From an uncultured Actinomycetes bacterium (GTDB lineage: Bacteria; Actinomycetota; UBA4738; HRBIN12), in contig CAWFJU010000008.1 in the NCBI GenBank assembly GCA_963816275.1, forward strand, positions 78,111-142,110: DNA of 64,000 bases. Reading direction: 5' to 3'. The notes beneath the pieces are model-generated. The model saw nothing but the letters and a program-made list of their open reading frames with translations, did no database searches and had not been told where the DNA came from. The position numbers were made by a program, and so were the translations under genes. Shown here piece by piece: positions 31,920-42,559 of the stretch (the stretch's first letter is position 1; the number at the start of each line of letters is the position of its first letter).

Positions 31920-31943
31920 GAACGCCGCTCACGGATCCAGTTC
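31920..31943 (+). promoter_or_regulatory. possible ECF-type promoter (GAAC-N16-GTTC) upstream of the ECF sigma gene
   Basis: GTGAACGCCGCTCACGGATCCAGTTCGAC lies about 45 nt before the GTG start at 31989. It resembles the GGAAC-N16/17-CGTT autoregulated ECF promoters. Confidence 0.25.
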
Positions 31944-31988
31944 GACACCCGGTTGCCCACGTCGACGATCCGACGATCTGGATGCGAC

Positions 31989-32537
31989 GTGAACGATCCG
32001 GCGCCTTCGGGCATCCATGAGGGCGTGCGTGCTGAGGACAACGTCGTCGAACTCGATCGGGAACGCGCGGCGCCCGCGGGTCCCCCGAGTTTCGAAGAGC
32101 TCTTCCTCGACGTGCACGATCGCCTGTACCGAGCGCTGTACTTCATGACCGGCAGCTCGGCCGACGCGGAGGAGCTCATGCAGGACGCGTTCCTGAAGCT
32201 CTGGGAGAGGTGGGACCGGCTCGACACGATCGACGATCCCGTCGGCTATCTCTTCCGCGCCGCGCTGAACGGATCCCGGATGCGCACACGCCACGCTCGG
32301 ATGGCCGCGAGGAAGGTGATCCCCGCCGCCGGGTCGCGAGACCCGTTCGACGACATCGACGTCCAGGAGGACGTCCGTCGGATGCTGCGAGGCATCTCAC
32401 CGCGACAGCGGACCGCCCTCGTGCTCACCGAGATCTTCGGATACAGCTCGGAACAGGCCGCTCGACTCATGAACATCCAGCCGACCACCGTCCGCGTGCT
32501 CGCATCGAAGGCACGTGCGGCACTGAGGAAGGATTAG
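31989..32537 (+). CDS. ECF (group 4) RNA polymerase sigma factor
   Basis: FEELFLDVHDRLYRALYFMTGSSADAEELMQDAFLKLWERWDRL...DPVGYLFRAALN (region 2) and LSPRQRTALVLTEIFGYSSEQAARLMNIQPTTVRVLASKARAALRK (region 4). The start was chosen at the in-frame GTG at 31989. Confidence 0.85.
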   Translation: MNDPAPSGIHEGVRAEDNVVELDRERAAPAGPPSFEELFLDVHDRLYRALYFMTGSSADAEELMQDAFLKLWERWDRLDTIDDPVGYLFRAALNGSRMRTRHARMAARKVIPAAGSRDPFDDIDVQEDVRRMLRGISPRQRTALVLTEIFGYSSEQAARLMNIQPTTVRVLASKARAALRKD

Positions 32538-32547
32538 GGAGGCCAGG

Positions 32548-33330
32548 ATGTCCGACGTTCGGGAGGTGTACGAGATGGTCACGAAGCAGAAGCCACCGGC
32601 ACCTGGCGCCCTCCAGCGTCAGCAGAAACGGCAGGTCCGTGCCGCGCGGAACAAGAAGTTCGGAGCGTTCGCGGTCGCGGCGGCGATCGGCACCCTCGCG
32701 GTCGTGGTGGTCCTCGCGAATCGCCCAGAGTCCGCCTCGACGGGCCCCGCCGACGCGTCCACGACCCCCAACCCCGCCGACGCGGCGGCCCGGGACGCCG
32801 CCCTGCGGTTCCTCGGGGCGACCGGCGCCTTCGACGCACGCAACGCGATGATGTACGTCGCCTCCGACGCCGACCTCTCGGGGATGATCGACCCTCGGGT
32901 GCCGGCCAACCTCAAGGGCCTCGCGCTCGACCTTTCCTGGTACAGGGCCTCCGGCTACCACGAGACGATCACATCCTGTGACGCCTCGACGCTCGACGCC
33001 ACGACCAGTGTCGTCTGCCGATTCGACTTCAACGGCCTCAGGTCTGATGAGATCGGAAGAGGCCCGTTCAGCGGCAGCGAATACCTGCTCGAGGTCCAGG
33101 ACGGCGAGATCGTCAGTGCGTCGGTGAGCACGGACGTCACGAACTTCTCGCCGCAGATGTGGGAGCCGTTCGCGAAGTGGCTTTCGAAGACGTATCCGGA
33201 CGACGTCGCCGTGATGTACACGGACGACACGCTCACGAACTACCGACTCGGTGAGCGGTCGAACCAGCTCTGGGAGCAGCGCACGAAGGAGTACGTGGAG
33301 GTGGTGAACCAGCGGACCGCGGGGCCGTGA
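32548..33330 (+). CDS. single-pass membrane protein downstream of the ECF sigma (candidate anti-sigma / sensor); NTF2-like ectodomain suspected
   Basis: 260 aa. The cytoplasmic N-terminus (about 40 aa) has no HxxxCxxC motif. The TM helix is FGAFAVAAAIGTLAVVVVLA, followed by an extracytoplasmic domain. The gene starts 10 nt after the sigma stop. Confidence 0.6.
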   Translation: MSDVREVYEMVTKQKPPAPGALQRQQKRQVRAARNKKFGAFAVAAAIGTLAVVVVLANRPESASTGPADASTTPNPADAAARDAALRFLGATGAFDARNAMMYVASDADLSGMIDPRVPANLKGLALDLSWYRASGYHETITSCDASTLDATTSVVCRFDFNGLRSDEIGRGPFSGSEYLLEVQDGEIVSASVSTDVTNFSPQMWEPFAKWLSKTYPDDVAVMYTDDTLTNYRLGERSNQLWEQRTKEYVEVVNQRTAGP

Positions 33331-34997
33331 CCTCGCGAACCCCTCGCGGTCGAGATCCCCGTCTCGCCGTCGACGGAGCCGAGAGCGAGCAGGCGCGAAC
33401 GAGGGCGCCTGCTCGCTCACTGTCATCGTTCGCCGCTACCACCTCCATTGCGGGCATCACCTGCCTCCGCTGCGATTGGGAGGGCGAACCACGTGGGCCG
33501 GAGTGTCCGAGCTGCGGGGCTCGGTCGCTCTACCGTCTCAGCCCTCCGCCCTCGAGGGACGCGGCGATACCGGTAGCGCGTGATCCCGGCGAACGGAGCG
33601 ACGACGTCGCGGACCCCCCGGTCGTCGCTCTCCGCGACTCACCTCCTCCGTCTGACCGACCTCCTCCCTTGCCGAAGGCGGACGAGCCGACGGGCCCACC
33701 TGCTCGTTCGGTCGTCGCTCTCGTTCTCGCCGCTTTCGCAGCGATCGTCATCCTGGGCATCTGGCTCACACCGTCTCCTGCTCGCAATCGCCCGCCCGCG
33801 TCGGTCCGGTCGCCGTCAACGACGCCAGCGACGGTGGCTCGGTCGGAGGAGCCCCCCATGCGGATGTACACGGAGACCGTGGGCGGCGTTCCCGTCTCCT
33901 TCAGCGCCCCGGCGTCGGATTGGGGATGGCACGACAGGTTCTCGATGAATAGTTCCGTGTCGGGACCACAGAGCGCAGAGGCCGTCATCTTCTGGACGAG
34001 CTTCCCGGACCGCGGCCGGGCCCACCCGTGCGTCCGCGTACTGGACCCGTCGGTCGGTCCGGCGGCCGCCGATCTCGCGGCGGCCGTGGCGCGGGCACCC
34101 GGTACCGACCTCGTCTCGGGGCCGACCGACGTCACCGTCGGCGGGTACTCCGCGAATCAGGTGGTGCTAGCCGTTCGAGAGAACGTCGGGTGCGGTCCGG
34201 GATTCTTCTACGGGTGGGACGAGACGATGGGAGGGGCGTTCTGGGGAGCGCACACGGTGGCCGACACGATCTGGGTGTGGATCGTCGACGTAGCTGGGAC
34301 CCGGCTCTTCATCGAAGCCGAGGCGACGGACCAAGCGACCCCGGAACTCGAGGCAGAGATCCTGCAGATCGTGCGGTCCACCCGCTTCGAACCCGCGGGG
34401 GCGAAGGCCGGCACGACCGTAGCGATCGCGGAGCGCTTCATGCGGGCGCGCGACGACTACGACGCCGAGGAAGCCTTGTCCCTGATCGGCCACGATGGCG
34501 CGACCGTACAGCTGATGTTCAACAACCGGACTCGAGCGAACATGCCCACCCTTGAACTGGACCGAAGGGAGCTCGCCATCGCGCTGGACGCCGAGCGCCT
34601 CTACGGGGTCCGATACGAGCCCTTCGTCTGTCGGGAGGAGCCGGATCCGGGCCGCGTGGTCGTCGTCTGTTCGTACTCGATGGACAACCGGCTGCGGCAG
34701 ATCCAGGGATACGCGCCCGTGCAGTCCTGGTTCCGCCTTGGATTCCGTGACGGCCGCATCGATGAACTGAGCTTCCCCTGGCTGAACGTCAGCTTCAACC
34801 CGGGCGGCTTCAACCCGGCCGAATCCGAGGGCTTCGTCCAGTGGCTCGAGGTCGCGCATCCGGACGCCGCCGGGCCGTTCGAGCCCGGCACCCTCTTCCG
34901 ATCAGGGGGGCAGGAGCTGATGCTCAACCTGACGAGAGAGTCGCTCGATCTCCTGCGGATCTACCTCGCTGAGTACGAGCGCTCCGTCGGCGGCTAG
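33327..34997 (+). CDS. zinc-ribbon - Pro-rich linker - TM - large extracytoplasmic domain protein
   Basis: The GTG start overlaps the upstream stop (GTGA). The motif is CLRCDWEGEPRGPECPSCGA, the TM helix is VVALVLAAFAAIVILGIWL, and the ectodomain is about 400 aa. The ORF is intact. Confidence 0.65.
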   Translation: MTSRTPRGRDPRLAVDGAESEQARTRAPARSLSSFAATTSIAGITCLRCDWEGEPRGPECPSCGARSLYRLSPPPSRDAAIPVARDPGERSDDVADPPVVALRDSPPPSDRPPPLPKADEPTGPPARSVVALVLAAFAAIVILGIWLTPSPARNRPPASVRSPSTTPATVARSEEPPMRMYTETVGGVPVSFSAPASDWGWHDRFSMNSSVSGPQSAEAVIFWTSFPDRGRAHPCVRVLDPSVGPAAADLAAAVARAPGTDLVSGPTDVTVGGYSANQVVLAVRENVGCGPGFFYGWDETMGGAFWGAHTVADTIWVWIVDVAGTRLFIEAEATDQATPELEAEILQIVRSTRFEPAGAKAGTTVAIAERFMRARDDYDAEEALSLIGHDGATVQLMFNNRTRANMPTLELDRRELAIALDAERLYGVRYEPFVCREEPDPGRVVVVCSYSMDNRLRQIQGYAPVQSWFRLGFRDGRIDELSFPWLNVSFNPGGFNPAESEGFVQWLEVAHPDAAGPFEPGTLFRSGGQELMLNLTRESLDLLRIYLAEYERSVGG

Positions 34998-35093
34998 ATG
35001 CCGAGAAACCCGGTCCCCTCGCGGGGCCGGGCTTCGGCCTTGGTGCCGCCCGCAGGCGGCGGGTTGAACCGGGGTCTCGCCCCGGCCACGTCG

Positions 35094-37592
<2,499 letters not shown>

Positions 37593-37994
37593 GTCAGCAT
37601 TCCTCCGGGCCATCGAGCCCACATGTTCCGGCCCCTGGGATCAACGGACTCCGTCCTACCCCTGAGGCACCGTGGGCGCCGCCCCCGGAAACCGGTCGCA
37701 GCGCCCGTTGGCAGCAAGTATACCCACCGCCCCTGATAACCCAGGAACGAGGGCATCCTTCCCGTTCACGTGCGTGTTCCTACCTTGGTATTCGGTAGGA
37801 AGGGCTCCCGGGATGAGGTGCCGTTCGACGTAGGCCGCCGACCCCCCGTTCGGGCTAGTCGAAGTCCCCCGGATGGCAGATTGTCCTTGGCCTACAACGC
37901 GGGGGACAATGCCCCTGCTTCCCGCCCCCGCAGATCGGATCGTCCACCAGGAAGCATCCAGCGTGGACCCGCATACCCTCGAAGGAGACAGCCC

Positions 37995-38387
37995 GTGCGC
38001 GTGCTCGTCGTGGACGACCACCCGGCTTTCCGAAAGGCGCTGACGTCGGCGCTGCGCATGGTCGACGACATCGAGGTCGCCGGGGAGGCGGGTGGCGGCG
38101 TCGCCGCGTGCGAGGAGGCGACGCACCTCGAACCCGACGTGATCCTGATGGACCTCTCGATGCCCGATCTGTCCGGCATCGACGCGATGAAGAAGATCCA
38201 CGAGACGAAGCCCGACCTGCCCGTCGTGATCCTCACCGCCCATGCCGACGAGGGCGTCGAGCGCGCGGCACGGGAGGCCGGGGCGAGCGGGTTCCTGGCG
38301 AAGGGGATCGGCCTGCAGGACCTCGTCGTCGTGCTCCAGGAGGCGGCGGAACCGCCGATCGAGGGCCGCCGGGCCGCGGAAGTTTGA
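37995..38387 (+). CDS. receiver-only response regulator (no output domain)
   Basis: A GTG start follows GAAGGAGA by 6 nt. The translation is VRVLVVDDHPAFRKALTSALRMVDDIEVAGEAGGG...DVILMDLSMPDLSGIDAMKKI...PVVILTAHADE...GASGFLAKG. The protein ends after about 130 aa with no HTH. Confidence 0.8.
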   Translation: MRVLVVDDHPAFRKALTSALRMVDDIEVAGEAGGGVAACEEATHLEPDVILMDLSMPDLSGIDAMKKIHETKPDLPVVILTAHADEGVERAAREAGASGFLAKGIGLQDLVVVLQEAAEPPIEGRRAAEV

Positions 38388-38393
38388 CCGCCC

Positions 38394-38813
38394 TCAGGCG
38401 GTGATCATCGCCTCGACGTTGCGGAGGCGTGCGCAGAGCATCAACATGAGTTCCTTCGTGATCGTGGGGTACCGATCGAGGAACGCGTTGAAGCTCCACG
38501 ACGGGATCACGAGCGAGCGCATCTCGGTCTTCGTCTTCACGGTCGCGGTGCGAGGCTTCCCGTCGATCAGCGAAACCTCGCCGAAGTAGTCACCGGGACC
38601 GAAGGTCGACACGTGCCGCCCGCTGACCTCGATGTCGGCCTCCCCTTCGAGGATCAGGTGGAAGCCCACGGCGGAGTGGTCCTGCTCCACGATCGTGTGC
38701 CCGGCCTCGAGCGAGACCTCCTTCGAGATCTCGAGGATCGCCTTCAGGTCCTTGTCGGAGAGCGAGCTGAACAGGGGAACGGCCCTGAGCGTGGCGATCA
38801 TATCGTCGGCCAT
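38394..38813 (-). CDS. stand-alone cyclic-nucleotide-binding domain protein
   Basis: MADDMIATLRAVPLFSSLSDKDLKAILE...GHTIVEQDHSAVGFHLILEGEADI...GDYFGEVSLIDGKPRTATVKT... Confidence 0.85.
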   Translation of the reverse strand: MADDMIATLRAVPLFSSLSDKDLKAILEISKEVSLEAGHTIVEQDHSAVGFHLILEGEADIEVSGRHVSTFGPGDYFGEVSLIDGKPRTATVKTKTEMRSLVIPSWSFNAFLDRYPTITKELMLMLCARLRNVEAMITA

Positions 38814-38904
38814 GTTGAACCCCTCTCGGTGAACGAGCACCGCGGTGCGCGATGTGGCGCGATTCTAGTCCGAGCGTTCGCCGTCATGCGACCGGCCTCG
38901 CGGG

Positions 38905-40482
38905 TCACTCCGGTCGCTGGCTCGGGTACATGATCAGGTCGCGCAGGCTCCCCGCGTCGGTGAGCAGCAGCAGCAGCCGGTCGATGCCCATGCCCAGGCC
39001 GCCCGCCGGCGGCATGCCGTGCTCGAGCGCACGCAGGAAGTCCTCGTCGAACGGGTGGGCCTCGTCGCCGAGGATCTCCTTCATCTGCTGCTGGAGCTCG
39101 AACTTCGCGCGCTGCTCGATCGGGTCGGTCAGCTCCGAGAACGCCGTCACGAGCTCCACCCCAGCCGCGACGAGATCGAAGTGCTCGGTCAGCCCGGGAT
39201 CGTCGCGATGCGGCCGGGCGAGCGGCGAGACCTCGCGCGGGAAGTCACACACGAAGGTCGGCCGTTCGATCGTGCCCTCGACGAGCTTCTCGAACAGCTC
39301 CTGAACGATCTTGCCGGGGCCCCATGCGTCGTCGACCGCTACCGCGTGCCGCTCGGCGACCCCTCGCAGGTCGGGATGGGCGAGGGTCACCGACTCACCC
39401 GTCGCCTCGCTCACCGAGCCGAGGATCGTGAGGCGCGCGAACGGTGGCGAGAGGTCGATCGTTCGGCCGCGGACCGGGATCCGCAGATCCTCCGGATCGC
39501 GGCCCATGATGGGGTTCACGGCGCGCGCGCACTCGACGATGAGCGCCTCAGACAGGTCCATCATCGTGTGGTAGTCGCCGTACGCCTGATACGCCTCGAG
39601 CATCGTGAACTCGGGGTTGTGGTCGCGGTCGATGCCTTCGTTCCGGAAGGTGCGGCCGAGCTCGAAGACGCGCTCGGCCCCGCCGACGAGCATCCGCTTC
39701 AGGTACAGCTCGAGCGAGATCCGGAGCTTCATCGGCATGTCGAGCGCGTGGTGGTGGGTCGCGAACGGGCGCGCGTTCGCCCCACCCGCGACCGTCTGCA
39801 GCATCGGGCCCTCGAACTCGACGAAGCCACGCTCATCGAGGACGCGGCGCATCGTCTTGAGGACCGTGGCCCGCGCGAGGAAGTAGCGGCGTGGCAGGTC
39901 ATCGGCGATCAGGTGCAGGTAGCGCCGTCGCTGCTGGAGATCGGGGTCCTTGATCCCGTGCCACTTCTCCGGGAGCGGGCGGAGCGACTTCGTGAGCATC
40001 GCCCAGCGCTCGACGAAGACCGAGAGCTCGCCGCGCTTCGTCACGCCGACAGGCCCCGTGGCGCCGATGATGTCGCCGAGGTCCACCTCGTCGAGCAGCG
40101 CGAAGGCCGCCGGGTCCATACCCTTGGCCGTGCAGAAGAGCTGGAGATCGCCGGTTCGGTCGCGCACCACGAGGAACTTCAGCTTGCCCATGTCACGGCG
40201 CTGCACGACGCGCCCCGCGACGGTGCGCGTCTCGCCGGCCGTCTCACCGGGCTGGATATCCGCGAACGACGCCTGGATCCCGGCGATCGGGTCGGGCTCC
40301 CGCACGCCGAGCGCGGCCTCGAGGCTGAGCGCGAACGGCGGGATCCCGGCCTCCTCGAGGCGCCTGAGGCTCCCCCGGCGCGCGGCGAGCACCTCGGCCT
40401 CGCGGCCCCGACGGTCGTCGGTTCCCCCCGATGCCTCGTCGGTCGCGTCGTCCGGCTCGAGAGGCTCGCGCGGATCACTCAT
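38905..40482 (-). CDS. lysS: lysine--tRNA ligase (class II)
   Basis: Intact 525 aa. It has an OB-fold region (VAGRVVQRRDMGKLKFLVVRDRTGDLQL) and class II motifs (FRNEGID..HNPEFTMLE, GGLGMGIDRLLLL). Confidence 0.95.
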   Translation of the reverse strand: MSDPREPLEPDDATDEASGGTDDRRGREAEVLAARRGSLRRLEEAGIPPFALSLEAALGVREPDPIAGIQASFADIQPGETAGETRTVAGRVVQRRDMGKLKFLVVRDRTGDLQLFCTAKGMDPAAFALLDEVDLGDIIGATGPVGVTKRGELSVFVERWAMLTKSLRPLPEKWHGIKDPDLQQRRRYLHLIADDLPRRYFLARATVLKTMRRVLDERGFVEFEGPMLQTVAGGANARPFATHHHALDMPMKLRISLELYLKRMLVGGAERVFELGRTFRNEGIDRDHNPEFTMLEAYQAYGDYHTMMDLSEALIVECARAVNPIMGRDPEDLRIPVRGRTIDLSPPFARLTILGSVSEATGESVTLAHPDLRGVAERHAVAVDDAWGPGKIVQELFEKLVEGTIERPTFVCDFPREVSPLARPHRDDPGLTEHFDLVAAGVELVTAFSELTDPIEQRAKFELQQQMKEILGDEAHPFDEDFLRALEHGMPPAGGLGMGIDRLLLLLTDAGSLRDLIMYPSQRPE

Positions 40483-41255
40483 TCGGCATCCACCGTGTTC
40501 TTGTCGAAGACCAGCCGCAATCCCTCGAGGGTGAGCCAGGGCTCGTGACGGTCGACGGTCTCGCAGTGCGGGATCACGACCGGCGCGAGCCCACCGGTCG
40601 CCACGACCGTCGACGGCCCGGCCTCGGCCTGGATCCGTCGCACGATCCCGTCGACCTCGCCGGCGGTGCCGAAGATCAGCCCGGACTGGATCGCCTCGAT
40701 CGTGGAGCGCCCCACGGCCGCGGGCGGCGGGACGAGCTCCACGCGCGTGAGGCGTGCCGTCCGGCTGAACAGGCTCGCCGCGCTGGCCTGGATCCCCGGG
40801 GCGATCACCCCGCCCACGAATTCCCCGCGCTCGGAGACGACGTCGAAGTTCGTGGCCGTGCCGAAGTCGACCACGATCGCGGCGCCACCCACCTTCGAGA
40901 AGGCGGCCAGGGCGTTCACGACGCGGTCGGCACCAACCTCGCGCGGATTCTCGGTGAGGACCGGGACGCCGGTCTTGGTCCCCGGACCGACCAGGATCGG
41001 GGGGAACGGGAAGTACCGGGCGGCCATCTCGCGGAACGACGCGGTCACGTCGGGGACGACGCTCGCGATCACGAGGCCGGTGACCTGCGACTCGAACGCC
41101 ATCCCCCGCTGGGCGAGGAACCCTCCGAGCGCCAGGGCGAGCTCGTCGGCCGTGCGTTCGGGCTGGGTCGACAGGCGCCAGGTGTGCTCGAGCTCCGCGC
41201 CGCGGAAGACCCCCAGCACGATCTCGGTGTTGCCGACGTCAGCGGCCAGGAGCAC
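40479..41255 (-). CDS. coaX: type III pantothenate kinase
   Basis: MLLAADVGNTEIVLGVF...VVDFGTATNFDVVS...GGVIAPG...ATGGLA. The stop overlaps the lysS start (ATGA). Confidence 0.92.
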   Translation of the reverse strand: MLLAADVGNTEIVLGVFRGAELEHTWRLSTQPERTADELALALGGFLAQRGMAFESQVTGLVIASVVPDVTASFREMAARYFPFPPILVGPGTKTGVPVLTENPREVGADRVVNALAAFSKVGGAAIVVDFGTATNFDVVSERGEFVGGVIAPGIQASAASLFSRTARLTRVELVPPPAAVGRSTIEAIQSGLIFGTAGEVDGIVRRIQAEAGPSTVVATGGLAPVVIPHCETVDRHEPWLTLEGLRLVFDKNTVDAE

Positions 41256-41258
41256 GCG

Positions 41259-41705
41259 TCACCCTTCGATCTCGAGACGGTACGACGCGCCATCGTCGCC
41301 CACCGGACCGCGAGGCGACAACCGCGCGAGATCGGCGGCCCAGCCATCGAGCGGCTGATCCGGGTCGGGAGGCTCGGTCCCGGCGGCCACGGCGGACAGC
41401 CGGGCCAGGAACCGGAGTGCCGTGGGGGCGGCCGCGCGGATCGCCCCGAGCGGACCGCCCAACTCGGCCACGGGGATCCCGGGTCCGACCCCGGCGCCCT
41501 CCTCGACGAGCGGACGGAGCCGCGCGCCCAGGCGGCCGAACGTCTCCTTCGCGACCGCGATCCCGGCGACGCGCCCGGCGTCGACCGTCAAGATGCGGGC
41601 CGACCCCACCTCGTCCGGGTCGCCCGCAGGAGCCGCCCCGTCGTCGATCAGGGCCGCCATCACGACCGGCATCATCGTGACCCGGTCGGGCGCCGGGACC
41701 GTCAC
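41259..41705 (-). CDS. hypothetical protein occupying the panD position between panC and coaX
   Basis: A GTG at 41705 overlaps the panC stop (GTGA), and the stop lies 3 nt before the coaX ATG. GC3 is high. The translation is VTVPAPDRVTMMPVVMAALIDDGAAPAGDPDEVGSARILTVDAGRVAGIAVAKETFGRLGARLRPLVEEG...DGASYRLEIEG. No family was recognised. Confidence 0.6.
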   Translation of the reverse strand: MTVPAPDRVTMMPVVMAALIDDGAAPAGDPDEVGSARILTVDAGRVAGIAVAKETFGRLGARLRPLVEEGAGVGPGIPVAELGGPLGAIRAAAPTALRFLARLSAVAAGTEPPDPDQPLDGWAADLARLSPRGPVGDDGASYRLEIEG

Positions 41706-42559
41706 GCCGACGCCTGCGGGAGCCGGAGGTTGTCGATCAGCCGAGCGCTGGGGAACCGCGCTGCGACGATCGCGCGGGCGGGCCCGTCGACCTCGTCGAC
41801 CGGTTCGAACGACCCCTCGTCGACGACGGCCGCGTACTCGAGACGGGCGAGCGGGGTGGCGCCGACCTCCCGGGCGATCGCGGCGACCAGTGCGGGGGCG
41901 GCCCGCTCGCCGGCGCGCGAAAGGGCGGCAGACTCCGAGAGTCCGAGGAACAGGCATCCCGCCTGATCACGCTCCTCCGGCGAGAGGTAGGCGTTGCGGG
42001 ACGAGCGGGCCAGCCCGTCGGGCTCGCGGACGGTCGGGCACCCCACGATCTCGGAGGGCATCCCCAGGGCATCGACCATGCGCCGCACGAGGAAGAGCTG
42101 CTGCGCATCCTTCTCCCCGAAGTAGGCGGCACATGGGCCTGTGACGTCGAGGAGCCGGTGGACCGCCTTGAGGACCCCCGCGAAATGCCCCGGTCTCGCC
42201 GCGCCCTCGAAGACGTCGCCGACCGGCCCCGGATCGGGTTCGAGGAGCGCCACTCCCGGTGGGTACATCTCGTCGACGGACGGCGCCCAGACCACGTCGA
42301 CGCCGAGGGATGCCGCGCGCGCCAGGTCGGCCGCTTCGTCCCTCGGGTATCGGTCGAGGTCCTCGCCTCGAACGAATTGAAACGGGTTGACGAAGATCGA
42401 GACCACGACGCGGTCCCGCTCTCGCGCGGCGTTCCCGACCAGCCCGTCATGACCTTCGTGGAGCGCGCCCATCGTGGGCACGAGCCCGACCGTCTCGCCC
42501 GTCCCGCGCCATCCGTCGGTCGTGGCCCGCAGCGCGGCCGCGGTCCGGATCAGCTCCAT
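41702..42559 (-). CDS. panC: pantoate--beta-alanine ligase
   Basis: MELIRTAAALRATTDGWRGTGETVGLVPTMGALHEGHDGLV...VVVSIFVNPFQF...YPRD...GHFAGV...FGEKDAQQL...REPDGLARSSRN; 285 aa. Confidence 0.93.
   Translation of the reverse strand: MELIRTAAALRATTDGWRGTGETVGLVPTMGALHEGHDGLVGNAARERDRVVVSIFVNPFQFVRGEDLDRYPRDEAADLARAASLGVDVVWAPSVDEMYPPGVALLEPDPGPVGDVFEGAARPGHFAGVLKAVHRLLDVTGPCAAYFGEKDAQQLFLVRRMVDALGMPSEIVGCPTVREPDGLARSSRNAYLSPEERDQAGCLFLGLSESAALSRAGERAAPALVAAIAREVGATPLARLEYAAVVDEGSFEPVDEVDGPARAIVAARFPSARLIDNLRLPQASA

Noticed and set aside
37593-37760. A ClgR-type operator upstream of clpC.
   Set aside because: No convincing match to the remembered CGC-N5-GCG / GTTCGC...GCGAAC type palindrome was found. 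My recollection of the consensus is also imprecise.
41259-41705. A canonical panD hidden in another reading frame of the panC-coaX gap.
   Set aside because: The other two minus-strand frames contain stops or Arg/Gly-rich nonsense. No KIHRATVT- or GSxxID-type PanD peptide is present.
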